NCBI GenBank assembly: GCA_964188305.1
Contig: OZ076897.1
Source of the DNA: Podarcis bocagei
Taxonomy: Eukaryota
Strand: one strand, 5' to 3'
DNA length: 64,000 nucleotides
A program made the position numbers and the translations under genes. Under the pieces are notes generated by a model. That model saw nothing but the letters and a program-made list of their open reading frames with translations. It did not search any database and was not told the origin of the DNA. Below are positions 11,572 through 23,344 of the stretch, in pieces; position 1 is the stretch's first letter; each line of letters starts with the position of its first letter.

Positions 11572-13622
11572 TGCTCTAAACATGGTGTATGTTCTAAAAC
11601 ATCTGCTTTGGCTGCCAGTTCATTTCCTGGCCCAATTCAAGGTGCTCGCATCAGGGCTTAAGGCCCTAAATGACTTTGGCCCGAAATATCTGGGAGACTA
11701 TCTGCTTTGCTACAACAGACGCACCTGGGTGTTAAGATCAGCAGATGGGGCCATGCTAATATGCTTAGATTAAGAATGTAAATGCATCAAAACAATAAAT
11801 TATCAATGACATATGTATGTCTATAGAGAAAATAAAAACAATCAGAATGCAATGATAAGGGTAAAATTGATTCTAGAAAAGACGAGTAGCAGTGGAGGGA
11901 AGTTAAACAGGGTGGCGTGTTTATTTTATTTTGTTTATGTTTTTTCCTTTTCCTTTTTTTTGGATATTGTATAATGATTTAATGTTTCTTTTCTGTTATG
12001 TATTATTTCTCTTTTTTTAAATTAAATTGTATGACAGAAAAATCTAAATAAAAATACAAAAATAAAATAAAAACCAGCAGAAGGGGGCTTCTTGGAAGTT
12101 CTACCTTTCCCAGAGGCTTGAGATGGCAGCACCTCAAGAGAGGGCATTCTTGGGGGCAACCCCTAAGTTGTAGCATTTCCTCCCCACAGAAGTGTGTCTG
12201 GCTTCTTCACTAGATGGCTGTTGGCAAATGCTGAAGATACACCTCTTCACTCTGGCCTTTGACACTTGAGATGCCATGCTTTTGCAATAAAAAACAGGAT
12301 GTCCTGTGGGGTTTTTTCCAGGATATTTGCAGGATACGCTCAGTAGAAAGCCCTGTTGACTTCAGTAGTGCTTCTTCCCATGTGTGTTCTGCAGCCCAGA
12401 CTTTCCTTCCCCCTGCAATGCGTAGCTGATCATTCTGGTTCTTCTCCACCAAAACCTTTCCTGCCATTGCAGAGCGAAATTTCTCACAGCCCTTTAGAAC
12501 CAGGGAGAGGCCGACAAAACAAGAATCCATGTAGAGAGACGAGGAAGCAGGACAGGGAACAACAGCAACAAGGCTTGTTAAAAGACCATTGAGCAGCACA
12601 CCCGCGTATACACCCAATGCAATAATTGCCGTCTCTCTCCTAACAGCACACGATAATGGCATAACACCAAATTTCAGACATCTGAGCCTCACCAAGGGAA
12701 TTCCCTGCAACAGATGTTTACAGGTGGGTGTGGTTATAAACAACTGCAATCCAAGTCAGAGAGAATTCCCATGACTACAAAGCACATGTGATTTGCACAG
12801 AAATACTTCGGAATGGGCTCAGAAGCTAGGATCAGGGCTCTCGGCCTGGGTCCTAAGACTGCAAGATATGGCCCGCTTCAGCTCCAACAGGTGTGAGGTG
12901 TGTTTCTGTGGCAAAACAGCTCCTGCTTCATTTGAAGCTGGGGATTTGGCGACCTTAACTCACATCCTAGACTACACCTCCTCCCCTTTCTGAACCGTTG
13001 TGCATTTCACTTACTCGATGTGACATGGAGTCAGGTGTTTTGACTATGTGAGTTACAACAATAATCAAATTTATAAATTTGGCAGATCCTACAGTATAGG
13101 AAGTACAGGATAGGAGTTGTTCTCTTACTTACCTCCTTGGTGGTCTTCCCTTACGCATGGTGGAAAGTCCCGTTGTCTAAGACAGCAGAAGCAGTCATGT
13201 TCACAAAGTGTCAGCAAGTATATTTACCCAACACAAAAATCACCCCATACCCAATGACCCTTCTTTTCACTTGATTTTGGTGAAAACAAAGTGTATTTAA
13301 GAGCTGGTTTAGATAGAAAATATGGCAATTTGGATGATCTGGTAATCATCCAAACTAGGTACCTACGCTCCCAAGTGAATTTGGTTAATCATATTTTAAA
13401 GCCATCAAACTTGGTGACCATAACTACACCCTGTGGGAACTAATTCCATTGTTTTAATTATGCATTGTGTGAAGAAGTGCTTTCTTTCAACCATCCCAAA
13501 TCTTCCAACGCTCAGCTTCGTTTGATGTCCACAAGTTGTAAAATTATGGGAGAGGGAGAAAATATTATACATGTCTGCTCAGACGTTAAGTCCCAAATAC
13601 AACAAAGCATTAATCCCAGATA

Positions 13623-14039
13623 CCATATTTTTCGCCCTATAGGACGCACTTTTTCCCCTCCAAAAATGAACGGGAAATGTGTGTGTGTCCTATAGGGCGA
13701 ATACAGGCTTTCGCTGAAGCCTGGAGAGCGAGAGGGGTCGGTGCGCACCGACCCCTCTTGCTCTCTAGGCTTCAGGAAGCTCCTCGCCGGGCTCCCGAGG
13801 GTTCCGCGGAGCTGCCTGCACTCCCGGGCGCGCAGCCAGAGCGATGCCGAAGCTAAGCACAGCTTCGGCATCACTCTGGCTCCCGTTCTAGGGGCTGGGG
13901 TCGGGGGAAGCTCGGGCTTCCCGCGCCCCAGCCCCTCGCCTGTACGGAGGGAAATAATTTTTTTTCCCTTTATCCCCCCTAAAAAAAAAATCTAGGTGTG
14001 TCCTATGAGCCGGAGTGTCCAATAGGGCGAAAAATACGG
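13623..14039 (+). mobile_element. Tc1/mariner (Tc2-like, CCGTA-terminus) MITE
   Basis: TIRs CCATATTTTTCGCCCTATAGGAC / GTCCAATAGGGCGAAAAATACGG with a TA TSD and a CpG-rich interior. Confidence 0.88.
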
Positions 14040-14237
14040 TAAATGTGTACACGATTGTCATCTGGATCTAGCCCAATGTTATTCTAGAGTACTGAGTGAA
14101 ATCACAGCTTTCCTGATATATTCCTATGGAAGTCTCAATGCCACTATATAATTCAATAGTACTCCTGTGTTTAGGAAACATTGTAGTTATGGTGGCTTAT
14201 TTTACGAGCAATTCAGCAGAGATATAGAAAGAAGGTA

Positions 14238-14485
14238 TAGAATCATAGAATTGTAGAGTTGGAAGGGACACAGAGACTCATCTAGTCCAACCCCCTGAAA
14301 TGCAGAAATCTCAGTTAGATCAAACATGACAGATGGCCATCCAACCTCTGCTTTGAAAGCCACCACCGTTGTTAAATCATGGAGGCCTGAAAATCAGTAG
14401 CCTAAAGCATACAGTGATGAGTTTCAGGGGTCAGTTTGGATGATACCCTGGGTCCCTTCCAAACCTGTGATTTTGTATCTGTGAG
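14238..14485. mobile_element. CR1 LINE 3' ends (one minus, one plus)
   Basis: AGAATCATAGAATTGTAGAGTTGGAAGGGA is a reverse CR1 tail; GGATGATACCCTGGGTCCCTTCCAAACCTGTGATT is a forward CR1 tail. Confidence 0.65.
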
Positions 14486-14792
14486 CTTAGAATCTATAGC
14501 ATGGGGCTTGCTTAATTGGTCAGGCCAGCTCCTTTGTCAAGATAATTTCAGCAGTACCCAACAACTGCATCTTAAAAGGAGTTGCTCTGTTGCCATAGAG
14601 ACAAACAAGAGGGCTTTCCCCACCTCTCCTGACTGCATGCCACCTCATCCTAGAAGGGAGAACAATGGGCAGAGTGAGGGACTGTGGATGAGAGAATGTG
14701 TGAGAGAGTTGGGCTGATGCTGGAAGCTGGAGAAAGAGACACGTCTTCCTCTGAGCTAGAGCCAAAGCTTAGTTTGGGGCTTCCCCAGAAAG

Positions 14793-14978
14793 CAGGGGTG
14801 CCAACTTGACTAAAATAGGGGGGGCAGGTAAGCCCCACCCCACATAATCAATCACAAGGTGTGGAGTGCACACACCATTTGAATGGCAATGCCCATCAAC
14901 TTGGGGGGGCCCTGGACCCCTCAAATATTTTATGGGGGGGACTGAAGAGACCTCGTCTCCTAGGAGTTGGCTCCTATG
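14793..14978 (+). mobile_element. hAT MITE, family C
   Basis: Imperfect TIRs CAGGGGTGCCAACT / AGTTGGCTCCTATG and an 8-bp TSD CCAGAAAG/CCAGAAAC. Confidence 0.82.
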
Positions 14979-16905
14979 CCAGAAACCCATTGGGAAAGAA
15001 AGAGCTGTTGGGGAGTGAATACTCCATCATATGCTCAGGTTGCATACATGAGAAAATAAAACCAAGTATCCGAAAGACAGCACAGTCTCCACCTGATCTT
15101 CATTCCAAGGAAACCAAACTCTGGGCAAGAGCTGCTCAGAGATTGGGGTAACACACAACAGTATTTTACAGCTAATGAGCAAGACCTTTTGTGTTTGCCA
15201 CTTGCTGGAATAGAAGTGTGTATATAACAAACAACAACCTCGCTCAACACACGCCGGACTCAAACTTCTTAGATCTGTGACTGAGGGCAGCGTAAGAGTT
15301 GGTCAAGTATTTTGAGAGCTCCTGGATTTTGGGGCCCTGGATGCCATCCTTGATTCCTCTACAGAACTTTATTACCTGGCTGCCAGGTAGGAAAATGTGC
15401 ATTCTAATGAGCCTCCCCACAACATGCTCTGGAAATCTTAAAACAGGGCCACGTGTCATGCAGGTGATTTCACTCACCATGGCAACTGGAATTCCATTCT
15501 CTCCCCTGTGCTACCTGCTTGGGGCAGGAAAACAGGAGCTTGCCATTGGCTACCTGGCACCTTGTTTTTCCCCACATGGTGCCCTGTGATTGGTTCACTC
15601 CTCCCCCCCCCCCCCCGCTGCTTCACTTTATGATAACAGAAGTGCTGGGAGAGCAAAGAGGCCAGGTGACAGCTTGCATCAGTGACAGACTCAACTGCTT
15701 TACTGAGAAAGAGAAATGAGAAGATCGTTGTGCTGAAGAGGGAGGAAAAAAATCTCTGGATGAACATCAGCTTCTTAAAAGTTACCCAGTCTGAAACTTG
15801 CAGCCATACATATTGCAGCTTGGGTTGAACAGAGGCTGAAATCTTGCAAAGTAGGTAAGCTTTTAAAATCCAGCTGATGACTGTGAATAACATTTTATGA
15901 ATCAAACACAGGAGCTTTGGGCTTATCTTCAGAATGGTTTTGTTTCGTTTGAGATCATTGAAGTCCAGTTCAGTTTGGATTAGAAATGTAGGGTAGAGAC
16001 CTTTTACTCTAGGGTATTTTTGTGTCTCTGTAGGTTTGTTAGTCTTTGGGCCCAGAATGAAGCTATCCTTCTGTCCCCATCCTCACAACATTTATTTAAT
16101 TTTAAAATGATATTTCCTGCCAGCATGACTCCATAGAGCCTTGAGGGAAGCTATATTCAGGTTCCTGAATTATGTTGTATTTGCTAAGGGACATAGCCAC
16201 AGAAAACACTAATTTATTCTGTATCCTGCTACCAGGTACCATAGCTAGTTTTAAAAAAAACAGCTCCTCTTCCTTTTCCCTCTCAAGAACAAGGTAAAGT
16301 TTTAAAAATGTCTGAAGGCCTAGGACTGTCCTGAGTTCTTTAAACAGAAAGAAACAATCACACACATATTTACAGAAGTACTAAGTGAAATCTAAGATCA
16401 AAAAATGATAGCACTTGATTTCATGGGGCAGGCTACATTACCAACTAGAATGCAATCCCCCCCCCCCCCCCCGTGTACCTTAGTCTTGCATTTCAATGGC
16501 AAGGCAACATTTGGACTTTTTTTTATATAAGAAAAAGTTAAAAGGTGCTTTTGCAAAGCACATTTTAGAAGGCAAAATTGTGTATAAGTTAAGAAGTTAT
16601 TCAGTATGGACTGAAGTATGAAAGGCTAGCCAAAAAACACCCCAGCTTTTCTTTTCTACTAACTATGTTCGAATAGGAACTTACATTTACCAGCCTCTGA
16701 AAAATCTAATCGAAATTTTAAGGGCTGCATGCACAATGTTGAGCATTTATTTCCCACCTCTTTTTATATGAGATTATGGATGGCTCCAGCACAAAGAAGC
16801 ATAATGCAGAGTGAAAAGTGGGGTGCTATGTGATCACAAAGTCTCTCTCCTTTCTCCAGTGGAGGCTGCTCCATTAGGGTGAATGGGGCTTGGCCCCACC
16901 AACCT

Positions 16906-16940
16906 GTGCTCGCTTTGGCAGCACATATACTAAAATTGGA
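16906..16940 (+). pseudogene. RNU6: 3'-truncated (tailless) U6 snRNA retropseudogene
   Basis: GTGCTCGCTTtGGCAGCACATATACTAAAATTGGA matches U6 nt 1-35 with one mismatch and starts exactly at U6 +1. It is flanked by the direct repeat CCCCACCAAC (16894-16903 and 16941-16950). Confidence 0.9.
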
Positions 16941-16960
16941 CCCCACCAACTTCAGTTTGT

Positions 16961-17290
16961 GGGACGCGGGTGGCGCTGTGGGTTAAAGGTCAGAAGGTCG
17001 GCAGTTTGAATCCCCATGACGGGGTGAGCTCCCGCTGCTTGGTTCCTGCTCCTGCCAACCTAGCAGTTCAAAAGCACGTCAAAGTGCAAGTAGATAAATA
17101 GGTACCACTCCGGTGGGAAGGTAAATGGTGTTTCCGTGCGCTGCTCTGGTTCGCCAGAAGCGGCTTAGTCATGCTGGCCACATGACCCGGAAGCTGTACA
17201 CTGGCTCCCTCGGCCAGTAAAGCGAGATGTACACCACAACCCCAGAGTCGGTCACGACTGGACCTAATGATCAGGGGTCCCTTTACCTTT
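16961..17290 (+). mobile_element. Sauria SINE (Squam1)
   Basis: Head GGGACGCGGGTGGCGCTGTG, tail CCCTTTACCTTT and TSD CTTCAGTTTGT (16950-16960 / 17304-17314). Confidence 0.9.
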
Positions 17291-18479
17291 ACTGAAGGTG
17301 AACCTTCAGTTTGTACTCACCTTCCTGCCTCCTCACTCACAAGGCACCCAAGGGGTGGTGAAGCCTATTACCTTGCTTGTCTTTAATCTTGATGTTGATC
17401 TTACAGAACTCAGCAGGGAAGGGGGTACAATGAGAATTAGTTGGCTCCCTCTGTCATTGGCTCTCGCTCCACCTCCTGTGTCTTCCTTGCCTTCCATCCT
17501 ACCAGTCTCAATGGGCCCCAGCCACCACTGCCGTCCTCAATGGGTGCTCGATGTTATATGCCCAGGCAGTGTCAAAAGATGGAAAGGATTTTTCTGGACC
17601 AAGTTTAATACCTACTCTTTTCCCCAGTGTGGAAGTGTTGTGTGTGTATACACATACACATGCTACAGAGTGAGTGAAGAGGTCCCATAACACACCACAC
17701 ACTTTTAAGTTATGTCAAGCAGAAACTTTCCGTAAGTTGCTCATCAATATGTGTTGTTGTTCTTCATCCACCACACATGCAGTTCTATCATGTTTTTGTC
17801 TGTGTGTTGACCGTGGAATGTATTAGTGCAATGAGAGGGAGGTGGATCTGTTCAAGGAAGGGATGTGGTCCTCCAGATGTTGGGGTTGCCAGCAGAGCTA
17901 AAGGTCAGGGATGATGGAAGCTGAAGTCCAACAGCATTTGATTCAGTGGTTCATATCCAGCCGACACAAAAGACAAATCAGAACTCGAGAGAGAGAGAGG
18001 GAAACAGTGGAAATCTTTCAGAACTCAGTTGCCAAAGGCTGCCTATGGCAAAGAGAGACCTCTTCAGTTATTGGCCTGGTGGAAGAGTCGCCACTTTAAG
18101 TCTTTTAAAATAGTATTGCGTTATCATCCAGCTCCACTCATTCAGAGAAGGGAGGCAGCAGGACCCCTGATAAAGTCAGGTGAGCACCATCCAGGGAAGA
18201 AGGATTCTTCTCCAAGGGAAAAGGTGAACTGTGATGAACTACCTGGGACCCAGAAGGAGAGTGAAACTATACTCATTGCTGTGCAGGAAGGGGATGAGGC
18301 TTTTACAAAGGAGCAAGGCCACACAGAGAACCCACTGTTTCTGCTCGTGGCTGCACAGACCAGCTGAGGTCTCTTCATATCTAGAAAAGAACAAGGAGCT
18401 GTCCATTGAGGACTTTCAACCAACGGTGCTGAAGCTAAGGCATGGCTTGGATTTGTTCCAAATAACTGGAATAAAGATA

Positions 18480-18721
18480 CAGTGGTACCTCAGGTTAAGT
18501 ACTTAATTCATTCCGGAGGTCCATCCTTAACCTGAAACTGTTCTTAACCTGAAGCACCACTTTAGCTAATGGGGCCTCCTGCTGCTGCCGTGCCGCCGGA
18601 GCACAATTTCTGTTCTCATCCTGAAGCAAAGTTCTTAACCTGAAGCACTATTTCTGGGTTAGCGGAGTCTGCAACCTGAAGTGTATGTAACCTGAAGCGT
18701 ATGTAACCCGAGGTACCACTG
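18480..18721 (+). mobile_element. Tigger/pogo-like MITE, family A (242 bp)
   Basis: Same TIRs, TA TSD and length as the other copies. Confidence 0.92.
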
Positions 18722-20335
18722 TACTTTGGAGCTGCTAGTCAGGACTACTAACTTAGAACTCCATACGAGAAAGGCTTTAGGACATGGTTATAAGGACAAG
18801 GAGAGTTGCTAAGAGTTAAGAGATTAAGCAGAATCAACACAGTTGCACTCCCTCTGTCCCTCTCCCAAGAAAAGTAATCCATTGGGGCATCCAAGGCTGA
18901 TTACATCCCAAACCTGAACCAGCATCCAGTCTGGAATGGGTCCCAATAATCACTTTCCTCCAAGAGCACCTGCAGCTGATGAAGCAGTAGTTATCATAAA
19001 CCTCTGGGCGCAGGGTGAGTTCCCCCGCCCCGCAATGACCACATTACTGACTCTGTAAAGGTAGCAGGTGACACTGGATTATTGCTGACTAGTTTGGGTG
19101 GGAATTGCTCCTTGTCTGCTGAGGAAGCAATCTGTTTGTTTGGAAACTTGGCTGAGACCAGCATGCAGGCAACCCCACAAATGGGTCCATGCCTCATTGG
19201 CTTTGCAGAGTTGCTATTCTTTGGTTTATACACAGTAGAGAAACTGGTTCCAGCAATGAAATTTAGAAGGGGGAAGGGGAGAACAGCTGCCAAGGTATCC
19301 TGGAGTTTGACTCTGACTCCGTTTGGAAAGCCCCCAAGAGCGGATGGGGCTTACTTGAGATTCAAATAACATTTTAAAAACATGCAAAAAGTTAAAAGGA
19401 GCTAGTTTTGATCATCTGGGGGATAGGGAACTTTTTCAGTACCAAAGGCTTGCAACACAACAGTGCCGGGTGGCTTTCTCTGCCCTCACCATAGGTGGCA
19501 AAACATACAGAACTGCCAACTCCCACACTTCACGAAAGATTCCTAATTGAACTCCTTTGTCGCCTGTTTTCAGCTCTGATGCCTCTCACTTTGCCTTTGG
19601 TTTTGCCTTGTCTTTATTTTTTTTTTAATATAGAAAGAACAATGTTAATCAAAGCAGTTCAAGAGCTGAGCTTGCAAAACATTTGCTACATAGTTCAGGT
19701 CCTTTGCAAATCCATTAGCCCTTTGCACTACAGCTCAGGTTCTTTGTATGGAGCTAAGCAGGAAAAAGGTTGCTTTGCTGTGTGATGCAGCAAGCACAGC
19801 TCTCAAAGCTTGAAAGATAGCTTAGATTTAAGTCCTTGTTGGTAGATGTTGTAAGGAACGTCCAACTCAGAACTCCCAACATGTGAACTTAAGAAGAGCC
19901 CTGCTAGATTGGATCAAAAGCCAACCTAGCCCAATATTCAGTTTCTGGCACTGAGGCTCAAACAAGCTGGGGCAAGGCTGAAACGGTGTACTTAGCTCTC
20001 TTCAGCAAAAGGAGAGTTCCAGGTGCAGTCCAGGGGGCATTTAAATATCAAATAAGGATGTGTTTGTTGCTGTAACAGAAGCGCGGCACTGATACAGAGA
20101 AATCTCTCAGACAGAGGGAAATGGATCATCGCAACGTGACAGATTGATTATGTACAACACATCTTGTTACAGGTGCATCTTACAATACATTGCATAGCGA
20201 TACGGAAAGATGGGCAGACTTTTTTGCACTGTGGTTAAAGCATGTGACAGAAGGATAATGTCCTGGAAATTCATCTAACACAAGAGCACTTCTCAACGGC
20301 TAGCTGGTCTGAAATCCCATTTCAATGTTTGTGAT

Positions 20336-20655
20336 AAGAACATGACACTATTAGAAGAGGCTAGCTGGATCAAACCAGAACCCTGAGTGGCCAGCAAGGT
20401 GCCTGCTGGAAGCCCATTAGCAGGGCCTGAGTGCAATTTATGATTCCTAGCAGCTCGTATAAAGAGGCAGACCCTAGCTGTTATGGCTAGCAGCCATTGA
20501 TATAGCCTTATCTTCCATGGATTTCTCCAATCCAAGTTGGCACCCATCGCGACACCTTGTGGTAGTGAGTTCCAAAGTTTAACTGCATGCTTCATTGTCC
20601 TAAATCTCCTACCATTGAGCTTCATTGAATGGCCTAAAGTTCTAGGGTTATGAGG
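20336..20655 (-). mobile_element. CR1-type LINE 3' fragment
   Basis: Reverse strand encodes KLNGRRFRT...VKLWNSLPQ.V, with an ATAAGAACAT-type tail; a homolog lies at 30375-30650. Confidence 0.65.
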
Positions 20656-20681
20656 AAAAAAAGCAATAATTTAGGCATTTG

Positions 20682-20871
20682 GGGAGCTGCCTTATACAGA
20701 GTCAGACTATTGGTCCATCCAGCTCAGTAATGACAACACGGTTTGGCAGTGGTTTTCTGGGGTTTCAGAGAGGGAGTTTTTCCCAGCCCAATCTGGAGAT
20801 GTCGGGAGTTCGACTTGGGGCTTTCTGGGTGCAAGGCTGATTCTCCCCCACTGAGCTCTGGCCGTTTCCCC
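20682..20871 (-). mobile_element. Squam3-type tRNA SINE
   Basis: Reverse complement of a head (..AGCTCAGTGG...CATCTCCAG) and tail (GATGGACCAATAGTCTGACTCTGTATAAGGCAGCT). Confidence 0.7.
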
Positions 20872-21259
20872 ACATGGTGCAAAATTTTACACACCTCTGG
20901 GGTATAAAAAAGGAGAGTAGGCAAAGTCATGCACACAACACCAGTACTTACTTTTTAATTTGGAAAAAAGGTGAGTTATAATGTTATAACCATAGAGGAT
21001 CTGCTCCACCTCCTTGATCATTTTGTGTTTAAAAATGGTATGGAATTGCAACTTATTTATATAGGCTTCCACTAAATTAGCCTTCTCCTAACGCACACAT
21101 TATTTGATTGGAGAACTGCTTCGCAAAATTCAGAAGGTTGCGGATTTTGAACTCTAGTCTGCATGCAGTTTTGCAAAGTGCAAATCAGATCGGCTGGCAC
21201 TGAAATTTCTCCCTATCCCTAATACCCACAGTTGTTATTTAACCCTATCTGAGTGTGCC

Positions 21260-21348
21260 AGGATTGGGGCTATAAATGGCCACCTATAAAAAGCACATTT
21301 GTGTTTTGCTAATGCCCTCTCTATCTCCTCAGATTGGGTGCCTGCGGA
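21260..21348 (+). promoter_or_regulatory. Candidate CNPY1 proximal TATA promoter and/or 3' splice acceptor for a 5' non-coding exon
   Basis: A reverse CCAAT (ATTGG, ~21263), TATAAAT (21271-21277) and TATAAAA (21285-21291) lie 60-80 nt upstream of the ATG. There is also a strong acceptor ctctctatctcctcag ending at 21332. Confidence 0.45.
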
Positions 21349-21454
21349 ATGGCTGTGTCTCCAGGGACGCTGTTGCTCCTGCTACCGCCGCTGCTGCTTG
21401 TTCTGTTCAGCGATACCGCTAAAGGACAGCGAGACCCAGAGCTGTTCTGTGGAG
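21349..21454 (+). CDS. CNPY1: Canopy FGF signalling regulator 1, coding exon 1 (signal peptide)
   Basis: Encodes MAVSPGTLLLLLPPLLLVLFSDTAKGQRDPELFCG(A): a hydrophobic signal peptide followed by the Canopy 'D-x-x-L-[YF]-C-G-A-C' start. It ends at a phase-1 donor GAG|gttagt that matches the next exon's acceptor. It is absent from the ORF track because it is short. Confidence 0.88.
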
Positions 21455-22497
21455 GTTAGTAACCCAGCCGGGTATTTCCTCATGTGCCTCATTGACTTAG
21501 CACATCGCAAGTGCCATGGTTTCCTGGAATTAGGTCAGTTATTGCTAATCCCCCAAAGCTCTCACCTTTGCGTATTAGCTCATGGCCAGCTCTCAGCAAT
21601 AGGACGACTATTTACATGTGGTTGCTTCCCATTTTGCAGCATAATGGGAGACTGTGGGCTGGATCCAACTTACTTGCAGCAGGCTCATTTAAATCAACGA
21701 CTACGTATTGGATTTGAAATTGTTTTTATATATTGAATTGTTTTGACTGTTTTGATGCGTGCAATTGTTTTCTATTTGGTTTTATTGTATTGTGACAGTG
21801 CTCTGAGCTGCTTTATGGGAAGCAATCCATAAATCAAATAAGCAAAAATACAAATAATGCTTCTGTTGATTTCGAATAGTCTACACTGAGTATGTCTTCG
21901 TTGATGGCTCTGCCTGCCAAAGGTGGCAATGCTTCTGAAAACCAACTGCTGGAAACCACAGCAGGATAGCGCTCATGTGCTCAAATCCTGCTTGCAGGAA
22001 TCTGATTGGGCCCCGTGAGAAAAGGAGGCTGGACGAGATGGGCCACTGGACCAATCCACCAAGCTCTTCTTACATTCTCAGTTGGATGCAACTCCATGGG
22101 CAGTGTCATTCAATTAAGTTTTACTCATATTAGACCCACTGAGATTAATGGACATAATGTTCATTCATTTCAATGAGTCTACACTGAGTAGAACTTAGTT
22201 AAAGCTGAGTAAAATGCTGAACACTACTCCATGTTCAGGGTCCTACTCTTTGGTTTTCATGTGGCTGCCTCTCCCACTGCTCCAGCAACATAATGAGAAA
22301 GACCCTGTTAAGGAGCGCAGAATTTGGTTGTTTATTTTGCTGCTGTCTCACCTACTCTTCCCACGTAATCTCCTGTTGCGTGCATTTCCAGGACGGTGGC
22401 GTGAGATGCACCACAGAGAAGCACCACCAATGCTGCAGAGATGTCTTAAGAGTGGCCCTTGCAGCAGTTGATTCACACGTGGAGGCGCATCACACAC

Positions 22498-22537
<40 letters not shown>

Positions 22538-23102
22538 TGAATTTATATACCACCCTATACCGGGAGGTCTCAGGGCAGTTCACAGAATAAAATCAAAATA
22601 TAAAACCACAAAATACAGAATCAAAATAAAAACAACCCAATAACCCCCCACCCGAATTGAGGTATGATTGTAAATCCAAAGATATTTTTCAAAGGGCCAA
22701 TCAAACACTGTCTTCTAGTCCAATATGCTGTAGGCGAGAGGTTGCATGCTTGAGAGCTCCCTCATTTTAAAATCCCCACACATAGAAAACACGGCTAAGA
22801 TAGACTGCCTTCCCTGGCCTGCTGATTTTCCATAGGCAGGGAGATTTTGAGGCAGGGAAGCATTCAAGAATAAAGTCAGTTCAATTTGCAATGTCTCCGT
22901 TGCTGGGACACTGTACCATAGGAGTTCTCTGAATATGTAGATCTGTTTCTAGGATTTATTTTGCATGACCAGCCTGGGTCTTAGTAGTTATAAGGAAAGC
23001 ATTGCCGATGAATAAAGCATGCAAGTTTAATACTACTACCAAATGTAAATGATACGTTCATATTGACCCTTTTATTTGCGCAAATAAGGCTGCAATCCTA
23101 TA

Positions 23103-23344
23103 CAGTGGTACCTCGGGTTAAGTACTTAATTCATTCCGGAGGTCCGTTCTTAACCTGAAACTGTTCTTAACCTGAAGCACCACTTTAGCTAATGGGGCTT
23201 CCTGCTGCTGCTGCGCCGTTGGAGCCCAATTTCTGTTCTCATCCTGAAGCAAAGTTCTTAACCCAAGGTACTATTTCTGGGTTAGAGGAGTCTGTAACCT
23301 GAAGCGTCTGTAACCTGAAGCGTCTGTAACTCGAGGTACTACTG
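23103..23344 (+). mobile_element. Tigger/pogo-like MITE, family A (242 bp)
   Basis: Same TIRs, TA TSD and length as the other copies. Confidence 0.92.

Noticed and set aside
12210-12749. 179-aa minus-strand ORF
   Set aside because: It has a non-ATG start, no recognisable domain and no splice support, and it overlaps L2 debris at its end.
16906-16940. Functional U6 snRNA gene
   Set aside because: Only 35 of about 107 nt are present, there is no ACAGAGA box or T-run terminator, and it is flanked by a TSD.
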